Assembly: GCA_964575255.1 (NCBI GenBank)
Contig: CAZNPZ010000007.1
Coordinates: forward strand, 21,939-85,938
DNA from: an uncultured Oscillospiraceae bacterium
GTDB lineage: Bacteria; Bacillota; Clostridia; Christensenellales; Aristaeellaceae
Reading direction: 5' to 3'
Length of the DNA stretch: 64,000 bases
How positions within the stretch are numbered: the first letter of the stretch is position 1; every line of letters starts with the position of its first letter. Shown here one piece after another: positions 45,802-54,789 of this stretch. The notes beneath the pieces were generated by a model that did not search any database, was not told the origin of the DNA, and saw only the letters and a program-made list of their open reading frames with translations. Made by a program: the position numbers and the translations under genes.

Positions 45802-46227
45802 TCAACGCCAGACTTCCCGCATCCGCCCCGCGAGAGACTCGGCCAGCGGCACGTCCGCCGGCGCGAAGTCCACGCCCGCAAGATCGGATGCCGTGACCCA
45901 ATCCATCCGGTCGTGCACGGTCAGCGAAATCTCCCCCGATTGCCAGTGAAAAAGATAGAGCTTCAGGGAAATTCTCCCGAACGCGTATTCAAACTCGCTC
46001 TCGCCAATGAAATCGCCCGCCTCGCCCAGGATGCCCAGCTCCTCTTGCATCTCCCGTTTCAGCGCGGCGCGGTCGGTCTCCCCCGCTTCCACCTTGCCGC
46101 CGGGAAATTCCCATTTGCCTTCCAGCTTCTGTCCGGGTGCGCGCCGAACCGCCAGCACCCGATCCCCTTTGACCACCGCCGCCGCCACGACCGTCATAAA
46201 GCCGCCCCCAATCCAAATTGCACCCAT
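45802..46227 (-). CDS. NUDIX hydrolase (MutT-like)
   Basis: Only the C-terminal ~141 aa of track ORF 45802..47082 look coding. Nudix box GKWEFPGGKVEAGETDRAALKREMQEELG. Start is 46227 or 46197. Confidence 0.8.
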   Translation of the reverse strand: MGAIWIGGGFMTVVAAAVVKGDRVLAVRRAPGQKLEGKWEFPGGKVEAGETDRAALKREMQEELGILGEAGDFIGESEFEYAFGRISLKLYLFHWQSGEISLTVHDRMDWVTASDLAGVDFAPADVPLAESLAGRMREVWR

Positions 46228-46317
46228 TATACCACCATCCGGCGAAACCGCACAATAAAGGAACCGCACGCAAACGAAATTCGTCCAAAAGAAGCATTCC
46301 GGAAGGAGGAAGCCGTC

Positions 46318-46509
46318 ATGGATGTCACGCCGAAGCAAAAGTTGGGCAAGCGGGCGCGCAAGGCGCTGGACGCCTCCGCGCGCAGAACCTGGCCGGTGTC
46401 CCCGGTCACGAGAATGAAGACCAGCAAGAAAATCTACGACCGCAAGAAGCGCCGGGCGGATGAGGATGCCCCAGGCGCTTCTTGCGACATTCCACGCAAT
46501 TGGGTATAA
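46318..46509 (+). CDS. Small basic protein (63 aa), unknown function
   Basis: GGAAGGAGGAAG RBS 7 nt upstream of the ATG at 46318. Translation MDVTPKQKLGKRARKALDASARRTWPVSPVTRMKTSKKIYDRKKRRADEDAPGASCDIPRNWV. Confidence 0.55.
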   Translation: MDVTPKQKLGKRARKALDASARRTWPVSPVTRMKTSKKIYDRKKRRADEDAPGASCDIPRNWV

Positions 46510-46542
46510 TGCTGGAAAACGGGTTTGGAGGATACATAAAGG

Positions 46543-47004
46543 ATGCGCAGGAAAGATCTGGAAGTGCTGGAGAAGGAAAAGCTCATGGAAATTCTGGACG
46601 CGTGCAAGGTGTGCCGGCTGGGGATTACGGACGAGTTCCCCTACATCGTGCCGATGAACTTTGGCTATGCCTGGGAAGATACGCTGACGCTGTACTTCCA
46701 CAGCGCGCCGAAGGGCCGCAAGATCGACCTGATCGAGGCGAATCCGAAGGTTTCCTTTGAGATGGATACCGATCACCTGCTGGTGGAAGGTTCCACCGCC
46801 TGCCGCTATACATACAAATACGCGAGCGTCTTTGGCGAGGGCACCGCGCGTTTCCTTAGGGACTATGATGAAAAACTTCAGGCGCTGAAAGCGGTCATGC
46901 GCAGGGTCACCGGCTCGGACGAATATGTGTACGACGATTTGGCGGTCAAGAGCGTCGCGGTGTTCGCCGTAGACGTAACGATGATCACCGGAAAGAAGCG
47001 ATAA
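46543..47004 (+). CDS. Pyridoxamine 5'-phosphate oxidase-family (NimA-like) flavoprotein
   Basis: 153-aa ORF. CRLGITDEFPYIVPMNFGY...LYFHSAPKGRKIDLI pattern of the Pyridox_ox_2/Nim family. Confidence 0.8.
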   Translation: MRRKDLEVLEKEKLMEILDACKVCRLGITDEFPYIVPMNFGYAWEDTLTLYFHSAPKGRKIDLIEANPKVSFEMDTDHLLVEGSTACRYTYKYASVFGEGTARFLRDYDEKLQALKAVMRRVTGSDEYVYDDLAVKSVAVFAVDVTMITGKKR

Positions 47005-47029
47005 GAATACCAACGCAAGGAGGAGACGA

Positions 47030-47653
47030 ATGAAACGGAGAATCATGGCGCTGTGTGTCGCGCTGATCCTATTGGCGACCACGGCCCTGCCTGTGTCGGC
47101 CGCGGTGGCCGACGAACTCGCGACCTACTGGGAGAAGGCCGACCCGATCTACGCCCAGATTCAGGCGCTGGGCGTGCGGCAGGAAGAAATCTATCAGGAA
47201 TTCGGCCTCTCGCTGGACGACGACAGCGGTCCGGTGATGGACGACGCCCAGTATGAGGAGTATGTGCGCGGCCTCAATGTGCTGAGCGAGGACGAACTGA
47301 AAAAGCTGCTCGCCGCCAACGCGGCCATTGTATCGCTGTCCGACGAGATCGACGACCTCAACGCCAAGTACGACGCCTCCGAAGACCCGACCGAGCAGGG
47401 TGTGCTGGAAAACCTGATCCACTTCAAGCAGGATCAGATTGACCAGACCACCGCAAGCGTCGCGGATCTGGACGATCGGCTTCGCGTCGTCGAGGAGACC
47501 AACTACGTGATGGGTTTGACCGGTCTTTCCGACGACGCGCGGCAGGAACTCTTGACCATGTACGCGACCCAACGCGACCTGGAAAAGCAGCTCGCTGCGC
47601 TGGATGCTGGCCTCAGCGAGGAAGCCAAAGCGCAGCTGTACGATCAAGGGTAA
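47030..47653 (+). CDS. Secreted acidic coiled-coil protein, unknown function
   Basis: Signal peptide MKRRIMALCVALILLATTALPVSAAVA. The rest is Asp/Glu/Leu/Gln-rich and helical. Confidence 0.65.
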   Translation: MKRRIMALCVALILLATTALPVSAAVADELATYWEKADPIYAQIQALGVRQEEIYQEFGLSLDDDSGPVMDDAQYEEYVRGLNVLSEDELKKLLAANAAIVSLSDEIDDLNAKYDASEDPTEQGVLENLIHFKQDQIDQTTASVADLDDRLRVVEETNYVMGLTGLSDDARQELLTMYATQRDLEKQLAALDAGLSEEAKAQLYDQG

Positions 47654-47668
47654 CGATCCATCAATCAA

Positions 47669-47712
47669 AAGAACTCCCGGCACATCTGAGCATCAGATCA
47701 CCGGGAGTTCTT
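47669..47712. terminator. Bidirectional terminator between convergent genes
   Basis: AAGAACTCCCGG(47669-47680) pairs with CCGGGAGTTCTT(47701-47712). Inner ATCTGA/TCAGAT stem. Confidence 0.75.
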
Positions 47713-47723
47713 GGCTCTTACGA

Positions 47724-48683
47724 TTACACGAACTTTTTCAGCATCCCGTACCCCATCTCGTCCATCATCTCATAGGGGATGAACTTCAGCGCAGCGCTGT
47801 TGATGCAGTAGCGCGTACCGGACGGAGACTCGGAATCGCCGTCAAACACGTGCCCTAAATGAGAATCGCCTGCGCGGCTGCGCACCTCGGTTCGGATCAT
47901 GCCGTGCGATTTGTCGCGACGGTAGATGATCGCGTTGTCGTCGATTGCCTTTGAAAACGCGGGCCAGCCGCACTCGCTCTTGTATTTGTCCTTGGAAGAG
48001 AACAGCGGCTCGCCGGTCGCCGCATCCACGTACAAACCCTTTTCATCCAGCCGCCAGTATTCGCCTTCAAACGGCCGCTCGGTCGCGCTCTCCTGTGTAA
48101 CCGCGTACTGAATCGGTGTCAGCTTCGCGCGAAGCGCATTGTCATCCGGCCGCATGTAACCCTTCGGGTCGACGGTCAGGTTTTTCGCGCGGATGAAGTC
48201 CGCCGCGCTCAGATGGCAGTAGCCGCCGGGGTTCTTGTCCAGATAGTCCTGGTGGTATGTCTCGGCCGGATAGAACGAGGTCAGCGGCTGGATCAGCACA
48301 TGGAAGGAGTCCCTGCGCCCCTTCTCAATCTCCGCCGCGCGCTCGATGATCGCAAGGTCGTCCGGATTCTCGAAGAAAATGCCCGTCTGGTACTGGGGGC
48401 CGACATCATGCCCCTGCCTGTTTTCAACCGTCGTGTCAATCACAGAAAAGAACAGCCAGAGAAGCGCCTCCAGGCTGATCTTCTCCGGATCGTAGGCGAC
48501 GCGAACCGTCTCCCGGTGCCCGGTCTTGCCGGTGCACACCTGTTCATAGGTCGGGTTGACCACGTTTCCGTTGGCGTAGCCGCTCATGGCGTCCGTCACG
48601 CCCGGAACCATGCTCATCAGCTTTTCAACACCCCAAAAGCAACCGCCGGCAAAGTAGATGACGGCCGGTTCGTTCTGACTCAC
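47724..48683 (-). CDS. msrAB: Bifunctional methionine sulfoxide reductase MsrA/MsrB
   Basis: GTG at 48683 after GGGAGGAA. MsrA motif GGCFWG, and an MsrB C-terminal half with GHVFDDG-like HLGHVFDGD and RYCINS. Confidence 0.9.
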   Translation of the reverse strand: MSQNEPAVIYFAGGCFWGVEKLMSMVPGVTDAMSGYANGNVVNPTYEQVCTGKTGHRETVRVAYDPEKISLEALLWLFFSVIDTTVENRQGHDVGPQYQTGIFFENPDDLAIIERAAEIEKGRRDSFHVLIQPLTSFYPAETYHQDYLDKNPGGYCHLSAADFIRAKNLTVDPKGYMRPDDNALRAKLTPIQYAVTQESATERPFEGEYWRLDEKGLYVDAATGEPLFSSKDKYKSECGWPAFSKAIDDNAIIYRRDKSHGMIRTEVRSRAGDSHLGHVFDGDSESPSGTRYCINSAALKFIPYEMMDEMGYGMLKKFV

Positions 48684-48803
48684 AGCGCATTCCTCCCATC
48701 GCGTCCACTCGCGGACGTATGTCCTAATTATACCGCAAAGCGCCCCATCCAATCACGGGATTTGACAGAGATGGTATACTGATGGCATGGAGGTGTTTTC
48801 CGT

Positions 48804-49352
48804 TTGGGCGTTTTTGAAACCGTCTCCTGCTTCAAACCCGGATGCGAACAGGAGGAAGTTGACCGTCATGTGATGCTTTCGGCGCTTTCGCGCGGAGAGA
48901 ATCTTCTGACCCGCGAGAACCTCACAATGCACTTCACCGCCTCCGCCTGGATCGTCAATCCAAACCGAACAAAGGTCCTGATGGTCTATCACAATCTCTA
49001 TGACTCCTGGGCTTGGACGGGCGGCCACGCGGACGGCGAGGAGGATTTGCGCGCCGTGGCGCTGCGGGAGGCGTGGGAGGAGACCGGCGCCGACGCGCGC
49101 CTTGCCCTGCAGGAGGCGTTCTCGCTGGAGACGCTGACCGTGAACCCGCACGTAAAGCGCAGCCGATTCGTCCCCGCACACCTCCACCTGAACGTAACGT
49201 ACCTGCTCATGGCCAATGAGGACGCGAAACTCACGGTCAAGCCGGACGAGAACCGGGCGGTGGGCTGGTTTTCTCTCGCCGACGCGGTATCCGCCTGCTC
49301 GGAACCGTGGATGCGCCCGGTGTACGAAAAGCTCAACGCGCGGCTGACCTGA
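48804..49352 (+). CDS. NUDIX hydrolase
   Basis: Nudix box GGHADGEEDLRAVALREAWEETG. Start is uncertain (TTG 48804 or ATG 48873). Confidence 0.75.
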   Translation: MGVFETVSCFKPGCEQEEVDRHVMLSALSRGENLLTRENLTMHFTASAWIVNPNRTKVLMVYHNLYDSWAWTGGHADGEEDLRAVALREAWEETGADARLALQEAFSLETLTVNPHVKRSRFVPAHLHLNVTYLLMANEDAKLTVKPDENRAVGWFSLADAVSACSEPWMRPVYEKLNARLT

Positions 49353-49519
49353 CGCGGCGGAGTACGCCGATAGCTCCGCACAATGGTTGCCAACGCGGTA
49401 TGTTCTCCGGCTTCCGGGCTTTTGGAGCAATCCGCCAATTATTACATACTGTAATACTTTTGTCATAGTCTATTTACAAACCATCCTGCCCGTGGTACAA
49501 TATCATGGGAGTGATGTTC

Positions 49520-50608
49520 ATGCGTAAGGCTACCAAGACAGTGATGGCGCTGATTCTGATCCTGATCCTGGCGGTTCCGGCGAGCGCCGCGACCACTCTG
49601 TCCAAGTATTCGCTGATCGTCAGCGGCAAGCGGTTGGCGCTGACATCGTCCACCGGATATATTCAGTTATCGGCCGGGCGGCTGATGCTGCCACTCAAGG
49701 CGGTGTGCGCCGCGCTTTCCGTCGACTACAGCGTGTCGAAAAACGGCAAGGTCATGTACATGGAAGGCCCGAACAAACGCCGCGTCGCGGTGTGCGCCGG
49801 GTATGCGTACGCGAAGGTGAACGGAAAAAAGAAGGCTCTGCGCGTTCGCGCCTATGTCAAGGGCGGGCAGCTGATGGCCGATTTATCGGTTCTCGCGCTC
49901 ATCGGCGCGGGATACAAGACCTTGGCCAAATCGGCGCTCGCCGCCAAGGGATATCCGGACGGCGCGGTGTCCGTAAGCCTGACCGGCGAAAGCATCACCT
50001 TCCCCACGCTGTCCGCCCCCGTGAAGGATGAAAACAGCTTCGCCGCCGATCTGCCCGCGGCGAGCGCCTGCGACCAGATGGTGGTCGTCCAATACAAAAG
50101 CGGTTCCAGCGCCAAGCTGACGATGCACGAGAAGGGCGACGACGGCGTCTGGCGGCAGACCTTGTACGCCTCCGCGTACGTGGGCAAGAACGGCATCGGC
50201 AAGACCAAAGAGGGCGACAAGAAGACGCCAACCGGCACATTCAACCTGAAGACGCCTTTTGGCATCAAAGCCAATCCCGGCACAAGCCTCGATTACGTCA
50301 AGGTCACCCAGTACCACTACTGGTGCGGCTCTTCCGGCTCAAAGTATTACAACCAGCTGATCGACACCCGCGTCACCGACCGCAAGCGGACTTCCTCCGA
50401 CGAATACCTGATCAACTACAAGGGCGTGTACAACTACGCGGCGTTCATCGACTACAACGCGTCGGGCACGGCGGGCAAGGGCTCCTGCATCTTCCTGCAC
50501 TGCACCGGCTCCAATAAGTACACCGCGGGCTGCGTCGCGGTGCCGGAGAGCATAATGGTCAAGATTCTGAAGGCGCTGAAACCCGGCTGCAAGATCGTGA
50601 TCTGTTGA
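49520..50608 (+). CDS. YkuD-like L,D-transpeptidase-fold protein with N-terminal copper-amine-oxidase-like stalk domain
   Basis: ATG at 49520 after GGGAGTG. Signal peptide MRKATKTVMALILILILAVPASA. C-terminal IFLHC...TAGCVAV (His/Cys catalytic pattern). Confidence 0.8.
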   Translation: MRKATKTVMALILILILAVPASAATTLSKYSLIVSGKRLALTSSTGYIQLSAGRLMLPLKAVCAALSVDYSVSKNGKVMYMEGPNKRRVAVCAGYAYAKVNGKKKALRVRAYVKGGQLMADLSVLALIGAGYKTLAKSALAAKGYPDGAVSVSLTGESITFPTLSAPVKDENSFAADLPAASACDQMVVVQYKSGSSAKLTMHEKGDDGVWRQTLYASAYVGKNGIGKTKEGDKKTPTGTFNLKTPFGIKANPGTSLDYVKVTQYHYWCGSSGSKYYNQLIDTRVTDRKRTSSDEYLINYKGVYNYAAFIDYNASGTAGKGSCIFLHCTGSNKYTAGCVAVPESIMVKILKALKPGCKIVIC

Positions 50609-50695
50609 TACCAATTCACACAAATGCGTCGTCGCGCCGGTGCTTTGGACGCATTGCATTGGTAGTATTGCCGAACGCGTCAATTCTCCCAGAGC

Positions 50696-50734
50696 AAAAT
50701 CAGGCTCCGCAGAAGCGGAGCCTGATGCTTTTGG
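50696..50734. terminator. Terminator closing the filament-like operon (also serves the convergent plus-strand gene)
   Basis: ATCAGGCTCCGC(50699-50710) agaa GCGGAGCCTGAT(50715-50726), flanked by AAAA and GCTTTTGGG. Confidence 0.8.
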
Positions 50735-50755
50735 GTTGGTGCAAACAGGTTTGAA

Positions 50756-52006
50756 TCAGCCCTGCTGCGGCGGCAGCGGGCGCGGCGCGGGGCCGCCCTT
50801 CTGCGGCTGCCCGGGCAGGCTGATCGGCCCCAAGCGGTAGGAGAACATGATCGCCGAGTTGGGGCAGGCCTTGTAGAACGCGCGCTTGATGCGCTCCAGC
50901 ACCATCTTACCGGTGTCGTGGTTGACCAGCGGCAACAGCAGCGCGTACTGGGAGGCGCTGAAGTGGGTGATCGTGTCGCCCTTTCGGAGGTTAGAAGTCA
51001 GCGTCTTCTGCAGCGTCTGCATGATGTCGTTCAGCCGCATCGGCTCGATCTGCTGGGTGCCGATGGAGGTGATCATGATCAGCGCGATGAACATTGTGGA
51101 GCCCATGCGCTCCAGGTTGCGCATCTGCAGGTTGTAGATTTCCTTGAACACCGCGTACTCGCACACGAATGCGCCGCGCTGGGAGCCGTACTCGGTCAAC
51201 TCCTTGCGGATCGCGTCGATGTCCATGTCCAGCGTCTTTCCGGCTTTCAGAATCTGCTTGTAGAACTCCTGAATGGCCTCCGGCGGCTGCATGCCCAGGT
51301 AGCGAAGGTGCAGGTTGGTGGCGTGCTTGTATTGGATCAGCGCCTCGTTGTTCCGGTTGGTGCGGATCAGCGCGTTCATGAGCGCCAAATGGAGCCGCTC
51401 GTCGAACACATCCACGTCCAACGCCAGGCGGCACACATGGATCATCCGTTCAAAGTCCTTCGCCTCCTTGAGGAGGTCGAGGTATTTATAGACCATTTTC
51501 AGGTACTGGCTGTGCAGGTACACGCTGCGGGATACGACCCAGTCCTCCTGCTCGAGGCCGGGCAGCAAATCGCCCTGGAACAGCGACAGCATGCGGTTGA
51601 ACTTGAAGTGCGTCTCATCGTCCAGCGAGGCGACGTCGTTGAGTTCAGAGGTCAGTTTTTCAAACTCCAGCGTGTCCACCGAAATGCCCACGCCGGTGTT
51701 GAAGCGGTAGGAACCGCGTTCGGTGACGATGGCATCGCCCAATTCCGGCGCGATTTCTGCCAGAATGGTGCGCGTACGGCTGACCAGCGTCTTCAGCGCG
51801 CCTTCGGGGTTTGAACTTTGTTCGTCCTCCCACAGCACCTCGTACAGCTTGAAGTTGGGCGCGGATTCGCCGCCCCGAAGCACCAGGTATTGCAACAGCC
51901 TCGTGCCCTTCTTGGTCTTCGCAAGCTGCTTTTCGACGCTCTTGTCGTTCACCAGTACGTCGAATTTACCGAGCATCCTGATGGAAATCCGGTTCTTTGC
52001 CTCCAT
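50756..52006 (-). CDS. SARP-like regulator: winged-helix DNA-binding domain + BTAD + degenerate GGDEF-like domain
   Basis: Trimmed to the ATG at 52006 (GAAGGGGGG upstream). ISIRMLGKFDVLVN...GSYRFN (OmpR/SARP wHTH). BTAD-like helical repeat region. C-terminal LRKGDTITHFSASQYALLLP aligns by eye to the GGDEF signature, with SASQY in place of GGDEF. Confidence 0.75.
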   Translation of the reverse strand: MEAKNRISIRMLGKFDVLVNDKSVEKQLAKTKKGTRLLQYLVLRGGESAPNFKLYEVLWEDEQSSNPEGALKTLVSRTRTILAEIAPELGDAIVTERGSYRFNTGVGISVDTLEFEKLTSELNDVASLDDETHFKFNRMLSLFQGDLLPGLEQEDWVVSRSVYLHSQYLKMVYKYLDLLKEAKDFERMIHVCRLALDVDVFDERLHLALMNALIRTNRNNEALIQYKHATNLHLRYLGMQPPEAIQEFYKQILKAGKTLDMDIDAIRKELTEYGSQRGAFVCEYAVFKEIYNLQMRNLERMGSTMFIALIMITSIGTQQIEPMRLNDIMQTLQKTLTSNLRKGDTITHFSASQYALLLPLVNHDTGKMVLERIKRAFYKACPNSAIMFSYRLGPISLPGQPQKGGPAPRPLPPQQG

Positions 52007-52037
52007 TGGGAGGGCCCCCCTTCGTAAGTCGCCGCAC

Positions 52038-53093
52038 TTATAACTTCTTGGCCATGAGTTCGGGGTTGATCGCGTAGGAAAGCGCGTAGTCGCGCGAGAT
52101 CCGCTTCTGACGGTATAGCCGTATAATGTCCTCATCCATCGGGATCATGCCCAGCGCGCCGCCGGCGTAGATCGCGTTGTCGATCTGGTGCCCCTTGCCC
52201 TCCCGGATCATGTTGGAGATGGCCGGAGTGACCAGCATGACCTCCATTGCCGCCGTCAGGCCGCCGTCCACCGTCGGGATCAGCTGCTGCGAGACGACCG
52301 CGAGCAGCACCATTGAAAGCTGTACGCGCACCTGCAACTGCTGGCTGGCCGGGAACACGTCCACGATGCGGTCGATGGTCTTGGCCGCGCCCAGTGTGTG
52401 CAGCGACGAGAGCAACAGGTGGCCTGTCTCCGCAGCGGTCAGCGCGGTCTGGATGGTCTCAAAGTCGCGCATCTCGCCAAGCAATATCACGTCCGGAGCC
52501 TGCCGGAGCGCCGCGCGCAGCGCGCCCGCGAAGTCCGCCGCGTCCAGCGCGATCTCGCGCTGGCTGACGATGGACTGCCGGTGCGGGTGCAGGTATTCGA
52601 TCGGATCCTCCAACGTGATGATGTGGCTGGAGGTCTCCCGGTTGATCCGATCGATCATGCAGGCCAGCGTGGTGGACTTGCCGCTTCCGGCCGGCCCGGT
52701 GATCAGCACCATGCCGCGCTTTTTCGAGCATAGATCCATCACCACCTGCGGGATGCCCAGCGCCTTATAGTCGGGCAGGCCGAACGGAACCGCGCGTAAA
52801 ACCGCCGCGAACGAACCGCGCTGCTTGTAGGTGTTGCAGCGGAAGCGGCCCACATCCCGGACGGAAAACGAGAAATCGTCGTCGCCCTTCTCGGTCAGCC
52901 GGGTCATTTCCCGCCTGCCGGCCAACTCGTAGGCTTCCTCGATCAGCGCGTGCGTCCGTTCCATCAACAGTTTCTCGCCCGTCAGCGGCGTTAAAAGCGT
53001 ACCGATCTTGACCGTGGCGGGCGCGCCCGGCACGATGTAGATATCCGATCCGCCCCTGTCGACCGCCGCCTTGAGCAAGGCCATCAATTCCAC
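52038..53093 (-). CDS. pilT: Type IV pilus retraction-type ATPase (PilT family)
   Basis: 351 aa. SDIYIVPG, Walker A GPAGSGKSTT, Walker B DVILLGEMRD, His-box GHLLLSSLHT, and the PilT-specific AISNMIREGK (AIRNLIRE-type) motif. Confidence 0.9.
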   Translation of the reverse strand: MELMALLKAAVDRGGSDIYIVPGAPATVKIGTLLTPLTGEKLLMERTHALIEEAYELAGRREMTRLTEKGDDDFSFSVRDVGRFRCNTYKQRGSFAAVLRAVPFGLPDYKALGIPQVVMDLCSKKRGMVLITGPAGSGKSTTLACMIDRINRETSSHIITLEDPIEYLHPHRQSIVSQREIALDAADFAGALRAALRQAPDVILLGEMRDFETIQTALTAAETGHLLLSSLHTLGAAKTIDRIVDVFPASQQLQVRVQLSMVLLAVVSQQLIPTVDGGLTAAMEVMLVTPAISNMIREGKGHQIDNAIYAGGALGMIPMDEDIIRLYRQKRISRDYALSYAINPELMAKKL

Positions 53094-53106
53094 GTATGTT
53101 CCCCCG

Positions 53107-53574
53107 TCAATTGAGCAGGTTCATCGAACCGGCTTCACCTGTCCAAAGCTCCCCGCCCGTCAGCGCGTACCGTACGATCCGAAGCCGTGGGGGCGTCATC
53201 GACGGCTGAAGCGCGACCGTAAGGGCACGACCGCCGCCCGCGTCCACATCGAAGGAAACAATACCCTCATCAAGGTCGATCGAAACGCCGTCGATCTCGA
53301 TTCCGGATAGCGCTGCCTCGAACGCAGCCTGGTCGGCCGCGCCGGATGCCGCGTTCTTGATGATCTCGTCCAGTTTGGCGATCACGCGCTGCGCCCGGTC
53401 GGACGCCTGGTAGTACCCTTGGGTCATCTCAAGCGCGCGGCTGGTCAGCGCGGCGTCCCCCCGCGCGCCGGACAGCGCCAAAAGCGCCAGCGTTGTCACG
53501 CACAGCACCACGAAGATCGTGAGCATCGTCACGGCGCCGATGCCGACCCGGTATTCCTGCTTCGGTCGGTTCAA
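53107..53574 (-). CDS. Small N-terminally anchored protein P4 (155 aa), filament-operon component
   Basis: Single N-terminal TM (GAVTMLTIFVVLCVTTLALLALSG). Start overlaps the P3 stop by 4 nt. No G-FTLxE prepilin motif. Confidence 0.6.
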   Translation of the reverse strand: MNRPKQEYRVGIGAVTMLTIFVVLCVTTLALLALSGARGDAALTSRALEMTQGYYQASDRAQRVIAKLDEIIKNAASGAADQAAFEAALSGIEIDGVSIDLDEGIVSFDVDAGGGRALTVALQPSMTPPRLRIVRYALTGGELWTGEAGSMNLLN

Positions 53575-53963
53575 GGCGCCACCTCCCCCGGCACATACCG
53601 GCTGGCCGGAAGTGTGACCAGCGCCCGGTCACCCAGTTTAACCGTCAGACGGATCTCGTAGAACGTTCCCGCGCCCGTGGTTTCCGGTTCGACGGAAGCC
53701 GAGACGGTGTAGCCATTCTGCTCGGCGGTGTACGCGCCGCCGGTATCTCGCCCGGAGGCTTTCAGAAGCGCGATCGGGTCGTCCGCGGCGGCGATGCGCT
53801 CCGCCCAACTCTGGGCAATGAACGTCGCGTCGGTCGTGTGGCGGCTGTCCACGTTGACTTTATACGCCCTCGCCAGTACGCCCGCGCCGATGACCGTCGA
53901 GACCGCGAAGAAGGCCAGCGCGATCAGCAGCTCCAAGAGCACCAGGTTCCCCTTATAGCGCAT
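53571..53963 (-). CDS. Pseudopilin-like protein P3 (130 aa) with degenerate prepilin motif
   Basis: ATG at 53963. MRYKGNLVLLELLIALAFFAV resembles KGFTLxE, but the Glu is displaced by one residue. Confidence 0.6.
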   Translation of the reverse strand: MRYKGNLVLLELLIALAFFAVSTVIGAGVLARAYKVNVDSRHTTDATFIAQSWAERIAAADDPIALLKASGRDTGGAYTAEQNGYTVSASVEPETTGAGTFYEIRLTVKLGDRALVTLPASRYVPGEVAP

Positions 53964-54456
53964 CCGCGTCGCCCCCTTCCCCGGCGCGAAGCGCGACAAA
54001 CGCCTCCGCCTCGCCGCCGCCCGTCAGGAAGGCTTTGAGCGTGACCAGATTGCCCGTTCGGGAAAACGTAAAGCCGGGCAAGGACGTGATCGGATCGCCA
54101 TCCTCCGGGTCGAAGGGCAGATCCGGAGTGCAGAACTGCTCCCTGAGGCTGTTGTCCGCGAAGTAGATGCGGGTTTCGTACTGCTCGCCGTCCGCGTCCT
54201 CGGTGATCACGAGCAGTTTCACGCCCGACTCCTCGCGGATGGAAACGCTGCCCCGGTCGCCCGACGCGCGCAGTTTGCCGCTCACATAGCCCAGCGCGAG
54301 GCGCTGCTGGCTGGCGAGCCGCGCGCCATCCGCCATGCCGCGGTAGGACTGAACGCCGGAGACGATGATCATCAGCGCGAACAACGTGAACAGCCCGATC
54401 AGCACAAACGCGAACAGGCCGCTGATGGAGTGGTTCACGCGCCTGACGCCGTTCAT
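53953..54456 (-). CDS. Small N-terminally anchored protein P2 (167 aa)
   Basis: N-terminal TM (GLFAFVLIGLFTLFALMIIV). 4-nt overlap with P1 and 11-nt overlap with P3. Confidence 0.6.
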   Translation of the reverse strand: MNGVRRVNHSISGLFAFVLIGLFTLFALMIIVSGVQSYRGMADGARLASQQRLALGYVSGKLRASGDRGSVSIREESGVKLLVITEDADGEQYETRIYFADNSLREQFCTPDLPFDPEDGDPITSLPGFTFSRTGNLVTLKAFLTGGGEAEAFVALRAGEGGDADAL

Positions 54457-54785
54457 GCGTCCCCATCCCTTCGTAGAATTGAGACCGACGGCATGATGTT
54501 GGACGCGAACGCATCGTAGGACACGATGAACCGCTCGTCGTCAAATCTCAGCGCGTAATTCTCCTCAAGATAGTCAAGCGACGGCGGGTACTGTCCCTCC
54601 GAGGCGTAGCAGGTGACCATCGCGCGATGGACGGCTTCCATCAGCTGCGCCTCCTGCTCGGACTCCGTGCGCGCGTTCGCGGCGGAAACCAGCCTGATGA
54701 ACGCGAACGCGGCAACCGCAAGCACCGCGACCGTCACGATCACGCCGCGAACCCCGGACAGCCGCCTTCTTTCGTAAAGATGCAT
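54453..54785 (-). CDS. Small N-terminally anchored protein P1 (110 aa), ComGC-head-like
   Basis: N-terminal TM without Glu5 (GVIVTVAVLAVAAFAFI). The segment EGQYPPSLDYLEENY is reminiscent (from memory) of the ComGC globular region. Confidence 0.6.
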   Translation of the reverse strand: MHLYERRRLSGVRGVIVTVAVLAVAAFAFIRLVSAANARTESEQEAQLMEAVHRAMVTCYASEGQYPPSLDYLEENYALRFDDERFIVSYDAFASNIMPSVSILRRDGDA

Positions 54786-54789
54786 GGCC

